Assembly: GCA_963707985.1 (NCBI GenBank)
Contig: CAVPRW010000041.1
Location: 32,001-96,000, forward strand
DNA: 64,000 bases
From: an uncultured Nitrospinota bacterium
Lineage (GTDB): Bacteria > Tectomicrobia > Entotheonellia > J063 > CAVPRW01
Reading direction: 5' to 3'
In this document: positions 19,532-28,909 of the stretch, piece after piece
Layout of the letters: each line of letters opens with the position of its first letter
Position numbering within the stretch: position 1 is the first letter of the stretch
Notes under the pieces: generated by a model
Database searches by the model: none
Told to the model about the DNA's origin: nothing
Seen by the model: only the letters and a program-made list of their open reading frames with translations
Position numbers and translations under genes: made by a program

Positions 19532-20233
19532 CTACTGCTCATGGGTATGCCGGCGGGACCAATTGATTTCAGCTTCCGAGGGTCGCACATAGCTAGGACT
19601 GAGCGTTGCCCTCGGCCCGCCGTGGCCGATAATCGCTTGATTGAACGCCAGCGCTGCCACCTCGACGCTGCACGGCATACTGAGCCAAGGCGGAGCGAAG
19701 ATCGCCAAATTACCCAGATGTCTTTCCCACACACCCCGATAGACTTCGACTCCTGTCCCAAGTAATAGAGTCGGTTCAGAGATTCTAGCACAAAAAGCTT
19801 CAGGCGACATGACAAGGTTTGGGGTGATGCGGCAGGGGCCCGACGTATCGAGGTGAAAAAGGGCCCCAAACACCTCACCTTTGCGTGCATCCAGCAGGGC
19901 GCCGACCTGCACGGGGGCGGACCAAGCTTTCAGCGCCAGGGCTTCGAGGCTATCGATACCGACTACATCACGCTGTAACGCATGGCCTAACCCCAGCAGC
20001 GTGGCGATACCGATGCGCAATCCGGTAAAAGAGCCCGGGCCATGACTGGCGGCAAACAAATCGATTGATTCGAGTGGAACCGAGGTGAGGCGAAGCGCTT
20101 GATGAATGAGGGTCAGTAGACGGGGTGCGTGCGAGGCAGAGACATCAACTCGCAGGTCGCAGAGGACCCGACCGGCCTCCATAAGTGTAACCCCTCCAGC
20201 CAGCGTCGAGGTATCCACGGCCAAAATTCGCAT
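19532..20233 (-). CDS. tsaB: tRNA threonylcarbamoyladenosine biosynthesis protein TsaB
   Basis: ILAVDTS, GPGSFTGLRIG, DARKGEV, PSYVRPSEAE. Confidence 0.95.
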   Translation of the reverse strand: MRILAVDTSTLAGGVTLMEAGRVLCDLRVDVSASHAPRLLTLIHQALRLTSVPLESIDLFAASHGPGSFTGLRIGIATLLGLGHALQRDVVGIDSLEALALKAWSAPVQVGALLDARKGEVFGALFHLDTSGPCRITPNLVMSPEAFCARISEPTLLLGTGVEVYRGVWERHLGNLAIFAPPWLSMPCSVEVAALAFNQAIIGHGGPRATLSPSYVRPSEAEINWSRRHTHEQ

Positions 20234-20326
20234 GGGTGATCGAATCTATACCCTTGGGGCTACGAGAACAGCCCAGAGATACCCCGCCAATAGCGCATCG
20301 CCCGATTTACACGGTTTTCCCCACAC

Positions 20327-20409
20327 TGCATCTGAGCCGGCTGGCACAGATGCACACCGCAGGACTAACGCCTCTGCTTCACGTTAGTCTCCCGCGGTGT
20401 CTACATCTG
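20327..20409. repeat. Long imperfect inverted repeat downstream of atpE
   Basis: Nested arms CAGATG/CATCTG, ACACCGC/GCGGTGT, GACTAACG/CGTTAGTC (20347-20409); alternative TGCATCTG/CAGATGCA pair (20327-20354). Confidence 0.7.
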
Positions 20410-20445
20410 ACCGATGTCGCGATCGTGCCCGATCTCGCACAGAAT

Positions 20446-20793
20446 CTAGATGCCAAACGGATTCACGATGAGTAGGATCAAGCAGACCACGAGGACGTAA
20501 ATCACCAGGGACTCGATCAATGCCAAACCAATGATCATGGTGGTGGTAATCGGCCCCGAAGCTCCCGGATTCCGCGCGATCCCTTCCAAGGCGCTACGGA
20601 TACCACGCGCCTGCGAGAAGGCACCTCCGATTGCAGCAATGGTCAGGCCAAAGGCGGCGCTGGCAGCTACGATTCCGAAATACCGCAACTCCGCCTCTGA
20701 CTTCTTCGCTGCCTCAGCCGCCTGTGCTACAGAGCTCAGCACTACCAATGACACTATCACAGCCAATCCAAGCCATGCCAGCTTCCTCCGCAT
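20446..20793 (-). CDS. atpE: ATP synthase F0 subunit c with N-terminal extension
   Basis: ALEGIARNP loop, IGLALIESLVIY; RBS AAGGGAGG. Confidence 0.95.
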   Translation of the reverse strand: MRRKLAWLGLAVIVSLVVLSSVAQAAEAAKKSEAELRYFGIVAASAAFGLTIAAIGGAFSQARGIRSALEGIARNPGASGPITTTMIIGLALIESLVIYVLVVCLILLIVNPFGI

Positions 20794-20847
20794 CCAAATA
20801 CCTCCCTTTCCCGCGCTCAAGCGGACGCCACCTCAGCGTCTATCAGG

Positions 20848-21510
20848 TTAATGATGCTCCTCCTCTGCACCGGCGATGTAGATCATCGACAGCAGCATGA
20901 ACACAAATCCCTGTATGAGGCTTACAAATATCCCCAAGAACACGATCGGTAGCGGGGCGATGATTGGCACCAAAAGCGTGATGATGATCAATACGATCTC
21001 GTGTCCCTGCATGTTGGCAAACAACCGCAGTGCAAGGGTAAACGGGCGAATGATGTGGCTGATTAACTCAATGGGAAACATGAGTGGCGCCAACCACCAC
21101 AGTGGGCCAGTAAACTGCTTGATATAGGCCGCACCATGGCGTCGAAAGCCGATGTATTGATAGTACAGGAAAACCGTGATGGCACAACCGGCCGTCATGT
21201 TCAAGTTAGCGGTTGGCGAGAACAGCCCCGGAACGATTCCAAGCAGGTTTGCCGTGACGATCAACAGTACAAGCCCACCGATTATGGGCAAATGAGCTTT
21301 AGCGTGGTGCCCCATGACCCGCTCCATAAAGCTGAGTAGCCCTCCGATGACGAGTTCCGTCAGGGCCTGGCCCGTATTAGGCAGCAGTTGCATGCGCCGC
21401 GTGGTCAGATAGGCGATGGCGAGCAGGAGAATCATGGTGAGCCACATGTATGTAACGTGCGGGTATGCCTCGAGTCCAGGGATGGTGAGATACAGAAGCG
21501 GTTCCTTCAT
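20848..21510 (-). CDS. atpB: ATP synthase F0 subunit a
   Basis: SPTANLN, IELISHIIRPFTLALRLFANM, IQGFVFMLLSMIY. Confidence 0.96.
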   Translation of the reverse strand: MKEPLLYLTIPGLEAYPHVTYMWLTMILLLAIAYLTTRRMQLLPNTGQALTELVIGGLLSFMERVMGHHAKAHLPIIGGLVLLIVTANLLGIVPGLFSPTANLNMTAGCAITVFLYYQYIGFRRHGAAYIKQFTGPLWWLAPLMFPIELISHIIRPFTLALRLFANMQGHEIVLIIITLLVPIIAPLPIVFLGIFVSLIQGFVFMLLSMIYIAGAEEEHH

Positions 21511-21522
21511 GGCAGACTCCGT

Positions 21523-21915
21523 TTATCGTTGGGGCTCTCCAAGCGGCTTCGAACGTTGCAGCCCAGCCAAGCAGATGGCCACAAAGATCACCGATAACCC
21601 GCCCAGAAACCCCAGCGGTTCAACGACTCCATATCTGAACAGCAGATACACCAACCCCGTGATGATAAAGTATTTAGCGAAATAGGCGCCAAACGCCAGT
21701 TTTTTGATTCGGCTATCAGGACGCTTGTGCGGGTCGATGACCGCCGTCAGAAACATCACCAGACACTTGAAATGCAACATGCTAAATGCCCCCCCCAAGG
21801 CGCAGCTACTGGCGATGCGGGGGGCGCGGGCGATCAAAGCGCCGAGCATCAGCAAGCCGGTCATCGTCCAGCCGTACCATGCGACGCGCCGCAACAGTTG
21901 TGAGTCGCCATCCAC
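21523..21915 (-). CDS. atpI: ATP synthase protein I
   Basis: Four-helix hydrophobic protein immediately upstream of atpB. Confidence 0.75.
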   Translation of the reverse strand: MDGDSQLLRRVAWYGWTMTGLLMLGALIARAPRIASSCALGGAFSMLHFKCLVMFLTAVIDPHKRPDSRIKKLAFGAYFAKYFIITGLVYLLFRYGVVEPLGFLGGLSVIFVAICLAGLQRSKPLGEPQR

Positions 21916-21921
21916 AATATA

Positions 21922-22152
21922 CTATTCCTTCCGCTGCAAACGCATGATGCGAAAGAGATTCGTAAATCCAGCGGCCACGCCCAATACCAGAAAAATCAAG
22001 GTGAGCCACGGATTGGTGTTGAATGCCCGATCGAGAAAATAGCCGATCGCCAAGCCGGTGAATGTGCCGAGGACAAGATGTAACCCAACGCTGCCCAGCA
22101 CCCCAAACTGGCGTAGGAGCTCATATTTGAGATTGGGCCCATCGGTCGCCAT
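21922..22152 (-). CDS. AtpZ/AtpI-family small membrane protein
   Basis: GLAIGYFLDRAFNTNPWLTLIFLVLGVAAGF signature. Confidence 0.88.
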   Translation of the reverse strand: MATDGPNLKYELLRQFGVLGSVGLHLVLGTFTGLAIGYFLDRAFNTNPWLTLIFLVLGVAAGFTNLFRIMRLQRKE

Positions 22153-22209
22153 ACCCCCTCCGGTAGGTTGATGAGCCGATCATCCACGCGACAATCGACT
22201 TTCAATGCA

Positions 22210-24852
22210 TTACTGCGGTGTCAGCGCCGGCGGGTTTTTTCCGACCATTCCCGACTCAGCCTGAGCCGTCATCTGCCGCGATACACTCTCCAGATAGGCG
22301 ACCAGGGCCAGAGCCTCGGCGTCAGGCACCCCCAGATTCGGCATCAAGCTTGCTGAATCAAAAGCCTGTGGATTCTTGATCCACTGTACCATCCAATCGG
22401 GGTTCAAACGTTTCCAGGCATCCGTCAAATCCGGTCCAACCGCGGCTCCACCGGTTTTTCCCTGGATCTGATGGCAGGTAAAGCAGGGGTACTTCTCCCA
22501 GTAAAGCTTCTCGCCCTGTGCCGCCAGCTCTGGGGTGATGGTTTGCGCCACCTGTGCGACTTTTGGCACCCGTTCGTCAAGAAACGTCATCATGATGTAA
22601 TCACGTAGATTGGCCGCCGCTTGTGCCGTCAGGGGGAAGGTCGGCATCCGGGCTTGCATGAGGGGACGAATCTGGTGCGGTTGCTTGAGGAAGCTCAGTA
22701 ACCAATCGCCACGCACTTTGCTCCCTTCATAGGCGAGGTTTGGGGCGATCGTTCCCCCTTGTCCGGCCAAATTATGGCAGCCCAAACAGTTATACTTGTC
22801 GAACAGTCCCATGCCGGCCACGCGCAGTGCCTGCGCGTCGGACGGCGTACTGACAAAGGAGGCCAGTAGCCGCTCATCGGTGAAACTCCGCAGCTGGACC
22901 AGCAGCGCCGAAGCATCGGCATCGGAGAAGGCAAAATCTGGCATCTGTTGGATGATGCGGTCCGTGGCGTACATGCGGGCGTTTTTCATTTTCCCGTAGG
23001 TCCAGCCTTCCCACGACTCCTCGATTTGCTTGCCATCGTTATAGAGGTGAACCAGGCGATCGATCGGCGTAATGATGTGATCCTTCTTCTTCACCAGCGG
23101 GACATCGCCGAAGACCATCTCCCATGGACGCTTGTCGGCGTAGGTAGTCAGCTCGGCGCCGACTCGGGGTTGGGCCTCCATCCCATAGATATCATGGCAC
23201 CCATAACATCCATAGCGTCCAATCAGCCGATTTCCGGCTTCGACGACCGTATTGTCCGCCAACTTCTGGGCGAATCCCGGCCGCTCGGTCTTCGCGCCCA
23301 GGGTCATCAGGTAGGCGGTGATATGGGCGGCTTGCTCATCGCTAAGGCGGAGGTTAGGCATCTTCGTGGAGGGCAGATACTCTTGGGGGTTTTTCACCCA
23401 GGCGAAGAGCCAGTCGGCGTTCACCTTGCTGCCCACCCGGCTCAAATCGGGTGCGAAGGCGTTACCAATGCCGTTGATCTGATGGCACCCCACGCAGCCG
23501 ATCGTCTCGACCAGCTTCTTCCCGGCTTCGGCATCCCCGTTGCCTGGATATTTGGGACCATTATATGGCGTTGAGGAGTTAAGCAGATAAGCTGCAGCCG
23601 CTTCCGCTTCCTCCCACGACAGGCGGAAATTAGGCATCTTGGTGGCAGACCAGTAGGCTTTCGGTTCCTTGATCCACTCGACAAGCCATGCGGGATCGAC
23701 CTTGCTGGCCACTCGTCGCAGGTCAGGCGCAACTTTATCTTGCTGCTCATACCCTTGTGCCAGGTGGCAGCCAGGACACCCCATGGTTTGAAAGAGGTCC
23801 TGTCCATGCGCGGCGGTTGAAGCGAATTGTAGCGCAGGCAACTCCGGCTGATGACATTTCCGACATTGGGATTGAATCCAGGTATTGGTGAGCAGCGGCT
23901 CAGCCAACCGAGGGGTCTGATCGAAAATATGCAGTTCGGCGTGTGCTGTGGGTACGGTAAGGGCCACTCCTTGTCCGGCATGGCAGATGGTACAGCCGAA
24001 TTTCTCGACGGGGTGATGCGCCGACAAGACATCGCGATGCGGGTGCGTCGCATACGGCTGCTCTGTGCCCTCGAAGCCGGCACGATCAATGCCCATGTGG
24101 CACGTTTGGCAACGTTCTACTCGCATGAGCGGTTCGTTGAAGTTGGTGTAATTCAGTCCGGTGAGGACGATCTGATGGATCTCCGGCGGCTTGGCGACTC
24201 TGATGCCAGGTAGTACCGGCCGCATGATGTCATCCATGCGGTCGCGGATACGTTGATAGTCCGACAGCCTGATGCGGCGCTCCTCTTCAAGCTCGTAGAG
24301 CGGGGCTTCAACCGCTTTGATTTCAGCCTGCAACGCGTCCACACGGGCTCTGAGCTCAGCGATCGGTACGTCAAGGGTGGCGATCTGCTGCTCAAGTTGG
24401 TCGACCCTGGTCTTATACCGAGCCGCGGTGCTCAAATCTCCCTCGTGCTCGGTTGTTTTATATTGGTAATACTCGGCGTCCAAGCGGCTTTTAGCGAATT
24501 GTTGCTCCTGCAAGAGATCGGCCAGACGGTTTTTAACCTGCTCCAGCTCCTGGCGCGCCTTACGGTCCTGCGCATTACTTTCCAGCGCAGCTCGGGCTTG
24601 CTGAATCTTGGTCGCAAGCTCCCCCTGAGTCGGCAGCAAGACTTCTTCCTTGGCCTGCAGATCAGCATGCAATTGGTCGTATTCCAGCTCATAGAAAGTG
24701 GTCTGATAATGTTTCCATGGCCGGCGCACAATGGTCTCGTCCACCACGGTGTACAAGGCGGCAACCACGAGAATGATGCTCAGCACAAAGAAAGTTCGGC
24801 TCAGCGAGCGTTCCTCATCCGGTCGATAATCTTGAGCCATGGAATATCGCAT
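22210..24852 (-). CDS. Membrane-anchored octaheme c-type cytochrome
   Basis: Eight CxxCH (CQTCH, CTICH, CRKCH, CPGCH, CVGCH, CYGCH, CLGCH, CFTCH); N-terminal TM, long coiled coil, repeated A/GPDL...WL..W...P...MP domains. Confidence 0.9.
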   Translation of the reverse strand: MRYSMAQDYRPDEERSLSRTFFVLSIILVVAALYTVVDETIVRRPWKHYQTTFYELEYDQLHADLQAKEEVLLPTQGELATKIQQARAALESNAQDRKARQELEQVKNRLADLLQEQQFAKSRLDAEYYQYKTTEHEGDLSTAARYKTRVDQLEQQIATLDVPIAELRARVDALQAEIKAVEAPLYELEEERRIRLSDYQRIRDRMDDIMRPVLPGIRVAKPPEIHQIVLTGLNYTNFNEPLMRVERCQTCHMGIDRAGFEGTEQPYATHPHRDVLSAHHPVEKFGCTICHAGQGVALTVPTAHAELHIFDQTPRLAEPLLTNTWIQSQCRKCHQPELPALQFASTAAHGQDLFQTMGCPGCHLAQGYEQQDKVAPDLRRVASKVDPAWLVEWIKEPKAYWSATKMPNFRLSWEEAEAAAAYLLNSSTPYNGPKYPGNGDAEAGKKLVETIGCVGCHQINGIGNAFAPDLSRVGSKVNADWLFAWVKNPQEYLPSTKMPNLRLSDEQAAHITAYLMTLGAKTERPGFAQKLADNTVVEAGNRLIGRYGCYGCHDIYGMEAQPRVGAELTTYADKRPWEMVFGDVPLVKKKDHIITPIDRLVHLYNDGKQIEESWEGWTYGKMKNARMYATDRIIQQMPDFAFSDADASALLVQLRSFTDERLLASFVSTPSDAQALRVAGMGLFDKYNCLGCHNLAGQGGTIAPNLAYEGSKVRGDWLLSFLKQPHQIRPLMQARMPTFPLTAQAAANLRDYIMMTFLDERVPKVAQVAQTITPELAAQGEKLYWEKYPCFTCHQIQGKTGGAAVGPDLTDAWKRLNPDWMVQWIKNPQAFDSASLMPNLGVPDAEALALVAYLESVSRQMTAQAESGMVGKNPPALTPQ

Positions 24853-24877
24853 TCCCTATGATGCTAGGTCAGCGCCG

Positions 24878-25688
24878 TTAGAGGTTAAACCAGGGAGTGA
24901 CCCAGACGTATTTGATGTTGAAAGCGAGCCGTAAGATCATCTTCAACGGTAGCAGCATCATCGTAAGAAATAACACCGCTTTCACCCCGAAGCGCACCCA
25001 CCCTTCCGCAGCGATTTTACTCTTACGCGCAAGATAGAACAGACCAGCACCGACCAGGTAGTACCCACCTACAAACAAGGCCCCGAAAATGAAGGCTCCC
25101 AGTGCGGAGCGGATGCCGAAGATGGCATGCAAATCGACGTTCGTAAGCGCCGCAACTTTATGTGGATCCCATTCATGCCACGGCCAGAATAAGTTCCATC
25201 CGGGGCCACGGAAGAACACCCCCAAAATGATAATGCCACCCAGAGCACGAGAAATCCGAACAGATAGACCAGGATGGCAAAGCGTCGCTCCCGGAAGGAG
25301 TAGTATCCGGTGCTGCGCGTGTTGACGTCGATGAAGGGAATGGCCATCAAACCCACGATGATCAGCGTCGGCGACTACGACCCCCGCAAACCATGGGTCG
25401 AAGTAGACCAACGTCTCCTGCAAGCCCGAGGAAGTACCAGGGCGCTTTCGACGGATTGGGGGTCTTCGTGGGGTTGGCCATCTCCTCAAGCGGGGCGTCG
25501 ATAGCAAAGGACCAGACGGTCAGAAAGGCCATCAACGCAATGGCACACAGGAACTCGTTCCTGGTCAGGTAGGGCCAGGTGTAGATTTTATCATCCGCAG
25601 CTCTCACAGGCTTGGGCGGCGACTGAGGGGTCGCAGGGGCAGCACGCGGCGTGCCTCCCTCAGGCGTCGGCTGGGTCGCTTCTGCCAT
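24878..25688 (-). CDS. Cytochrome b C-terminal subunit (subunit IV-like), three frameshifts
   Basis: Reassembled DKIYTWP...[55 protein letters not shown]...GYYSFRERR...RGPGWNLFWPW; shifts near 25422, 25372, 25232. Confidence 0.85.
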
Positions 25689-25852
25689 CGTGGCATCTCC
25701 TCACCGGCTGGTCTTCTCTCGAGATTCCCGCATCTGACGTCGCGTGACGCTGTCGAAGGGCATCGCTTCTCACCAGCCGTGACACGTCTCCACACGTCTC
25801 TTTCGCTCGTCTACAGGGCGCATGCACTTGCGTCAGCCCGTGTGGCTGTCGA

Positions 25853-26721
25853 CTATAGCGGGCCAGAGATGCCCCCATCTTTGCGTACACGCCAAAAATG
25901 CACCATCATCAGAGCGCCAGCGAAGAGGGGCAAGAAGATGCAGTGCAGCACATAAAAGCGCAGCAAGCGTCGCCGAACCGACAATCCGCCCTCCGAGCAG
26001 GAAGGCACGCGCGTCATAGCGTGGATCAACCCCAATCACCTCGGCAAACGGCCCCTCGTGCCCAAGCAGCGGCGTCGCCCGTGCCATGTTCGTCCCCACG
26101 GTCACGGCCCACATGGCAAGCTGATCCCAGGGTAGGAGATATCCCGTGAAGCTCAGCAGGAGGGTTAATGTCAGCAAGAGTACCCCGATCACCCAATTGA
26201 ACTCGCGCGGCGGTTTGTAGGAGCCGGTGAGAAACACGCGCAACATGTGGAGCCACACTGCGATCACCATCGCATGGGCGGCCCAACGATGCATATTGCG
26301 CACGAACATGCCGAATGGCACGTCGAATTCCAGGTATTTCATATCTAGATAGGCATACTCACCGACTGGACGGTAGTAGAACATTAGTATCACACCGGTG
26401 AAGGTGAGGACGAGGAAAGAGTAGGAAGGAAATACCCCCCATACACCAGGTGAAGCGGATGCGCACCCCATGTCGTGGGAGTTTAGCTGGATGGAGATGG
26501 AACCAGATATTACCTAACACCATGAGTAGACGATTACGCGGGGTGTCGTCGTAGTCGTGCCTGAAGATCGATTTCCATAGGGGAGAACGCACCACCGCTC
26601 GCGACATCTCATCGGACAGCTTGGCGACGCGTTCTTTCAAGCTCGGTGGCTGTCCGTTACTGTCACCTCCCGAGCCTCGAGGTGATGGCGTTTGTGTGCC
26701 TCGTTGCCCACTCGTCCCCAC
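25853..26721 (-). CDS. Cytochrome b N-terminal (b6-like) subunit, two frameshifts
   Basis: [55 protein letters not shown]...[16 protein letters not shown]; shifts near 26417 and 25966. Confidence 0.88.
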
Positions 26722-26830
26722 TATCTCACCCCCTCAACATCGAACCGTTCTGTGGTAGGTCTCTGCGTCTCCCTGATCGCGTTCATACCGAGATGCGGCG
26801 TTAGGACTATGTCCCGTTGCTGATCTCAGG

Positions 26831-27352
26831 CTAAACTTCCGGACCGACCGCGGGTAACAAGGCGAAGCGTTGCAGAAGTTCTCGTAAACGCACTCCATTA
26901 ACCAGCTCAATCGGCCCCCCCACCGCCGCCGTGTTGGCTTCATCCGAGAAGAAGCCATTTGTAATGAGGACGCCCTTCGAGGCACCCTCGCCCTTGACGG
27001 AGTCGATCAGCGCGAGGACTTGCACCGCCTCAACCACTTCCCCTGCCTGCAACAACTCGCCGTGTATGACATACTGCCCACCCACGATCGGTGCCACATG
27101 CACTGCCATCACTTCAAGTTGTCGGCTACCAATTGTTGTGGAGCGCTCGACCTCCAGGCCCAGCTCCTGTAACAATCGCCGGGAAACCCATTCAAAACGC
27201 TCAAGCGTGAGGCTCAATGGCAGGAGTGCTTGTCCATCCCCGAAACCCGCTTCTTGTTGCTCCTGCGACACCGGCGCCGGCATTTTCTTCATCGCGAAAA
27301 TCACCCCAAACCCCAGGATGATCGCAACAACGATGGTGATGAACATGAACAT
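26831..27352 (-). CDS. Membrane-anchored Mrr-like restriction endonuclease-fold protein
   Basis: N-terminal TM helix; FEWVSRRLLQELG, ASKGVLITNGFFSDEA, PIELVNGVRLRELL match the Mrr_cat pattern; catalytic motif degenerate. Confidence 0.7.
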   Translation of the reverse strand: MFMFITIVVAIILGFGVIFAMKKMPAPVSQEQQEAGFGDGQALLPLSLTLERFEWVSRRLLQELGLEVERSTTIGSRQLEVMAVHVAPIVGGQYVIHGELLQAGEVVEAVQVLALIDSVKGEGASKGVLITNGFFSDEANTAAVGGPIELVNGVRLRELLQRFALLPAVGPEV

Positions 27353-27398
27353 GCCCCCGCACGCGGCAGTCAACGAGTACAGTAGCCGCACACGCAAG

Positions 27399-27566
27399 CT
27401 ATTTGATCATTTCACTATAGATATCATCCTTCTTGCCCTGTTCAATCAGCCTGTCGTGCTTCAACGCCTGTCGAAAGGCGACCCACAGACAGAAGATCAC
27501 GGCCAGGAGCATCCCCACAATGGGTAGGTTATCGGGTTTGGTGAGAATCTCCCAGAAATGCTCCAT
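27399..27566 (-). CDS. Small single-pass membrane protein (55 aa)
   Basis: MEHFWEILTKPDNLPIVGMLLAVIFCLWVAFRQALKHDRLIEQGKK; AAGGA RBS upstream. Confidence 0.75.
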   Translation of the reverse strand: MEHFWEILTKPDNLPIVGMLLAVIFCLWVAFRQALKHDRLIEQGKKDDIYSEMIK

Positions 27567-27828
27567 CGCTGCAGTCCTTTCCGACTTTTGCATCGACCCA
27601 GTCCGGCTCCAGGAGCCCTGCTGAAAGCGTGCCCAAACATAATTGACCCTGGCCGTTCTTGTCAAGGAATTTTTCCCGCGTTAGATAGCACCAGAAGACC
27701 GACGACAGCGGGTTGGCAGCCATATCAGGCGGGCGGAAGACTTATGACCACGGACGCCACTCGCGGTCATAGGGCATGGCTGTCGTAGCACCTGAGGAGA
27801 GTGGTAGCGATTGTGGTCGGGGATTTTG

Positions 27829-27837
27829 TGCTATAAT
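27829..27837 (+). promoter_or_regulatory. Extended -10 promoter element for FTR gene
   Basis: TGCTATAAT about 90 bp upstream of the ATG. Confidence 0.5.
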
Positions 27838-27923
27838 AAATAGGTATGTAGCTAGGAATCTCCTTCAATGGTAGCACACGTCATGGTCCGAAAGAACTTC
27901 CCCTCATACTCGGTGAGGATCAT

Positions 27924-28331
27924 ATGGAGAAAGAGCCCACGAAGACCAACGTCGATCGCATGTGGAAGTTTGCACGCACATTTGCGGACAAGAGCGGCAC
28001 CTCCTTTCATCCGAACCTCGAGGTGACTGAGGTTGTCGTCAAGGGGTTAGCGCTGCATCAGGACGAACTCGGTAAACCCTTGTGCCCGTGCAATTTCTAC
28101 CCTGACAAGGCCGAGGAAGCCAAGAAACGACGCTGGATTTGCGCCTGTGATGAGATGCAGGCTTATAAATACTGTCATTGCCTGCTGTTCGTGCGTGATG
28201 ATGGCCTCCCCATTACTGAGTACCTCCCCGAAGACCACGAAGGTCGACAGATCTACGGACTTGTCAAGGATCCGACACCCGAGAAGGGGCGGGCGCTGCG
28301 TCACAAAGCTGGAGCGCCAGCGGAAGAGTAG
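27924..28331 (+). CDS. Ferredoxin:thioredoxin reductase catalytic subunit
   Basis: GKPLCPC...WICAC...YCHCLLF cysteine triads. Confidence 0.88.
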   Translation: MEKEPTKTNVDRMWKFARTFADKSGTSFHPNLEVTEVVVKGLALHQDELGKPLCPCNFYPDKAEEAKKRRWICACDEMQAYKYCHCLLFVRDDGLPITEYLPEDHEGRQIYGLVKDPTPEKGRALRHKAGAPAEE

Positions 28332-28909
28332 TGATCCAGGAAGGCTGCGGGGTGTGCTACTCTTGCCCAGGGCAATCGCCATGTCTTCGAGGCGCACTGC
28401 CTGATGATGCAATAGAACGGGTGGCGTGTTGCGAGTCCCAGACGGCGAGCTAAAGGTCGACGTGCTGGGCCAGCACGCGCGTCCCGCCATTGACGTTGGG
28501 CCTATCGGCGCGTGAGTGATCGTGTCTGCATGTGGTTAAAAAACTTAATGCCCGGACAACGTCCTGGCACAGAAACCCGGGGTGAGCCGCTACCGCGATC
28601 AGATTAACCCTTGGTCAGCACCAAATCAAGCGTAGCTCATGGGCAGGACAGCGCTTGGTTCATCGCACTGATTGTTTGGTGACACCGGACTATGAGGAGC
28701 ATCCATAGCAGCTGGGGAAGTCCTTAGCAGGGGGCCTGTGGATGAGTGTGTCAGGCATCTACAGCTCATACAACTACGCCTCTGTATGCTGAGTAGCATT
28801 GATCGAAGCGCCAGAAAAATGGAAGCCTCGTGTGCTCGCAACCCTACCGGGCCACCCATATGCCCGACCTGACCACTGGGGGAGTATGGGGATAGCTTTG
28901 ACCCGGAAC

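Noticed and set aside
27643..27665. TTGAC-N13-GTCAA palindrome as an FNR/CRP site
   Set aside because: Spacing does not fit TTGAT-N4-ATCAA; better explained as a -35 element
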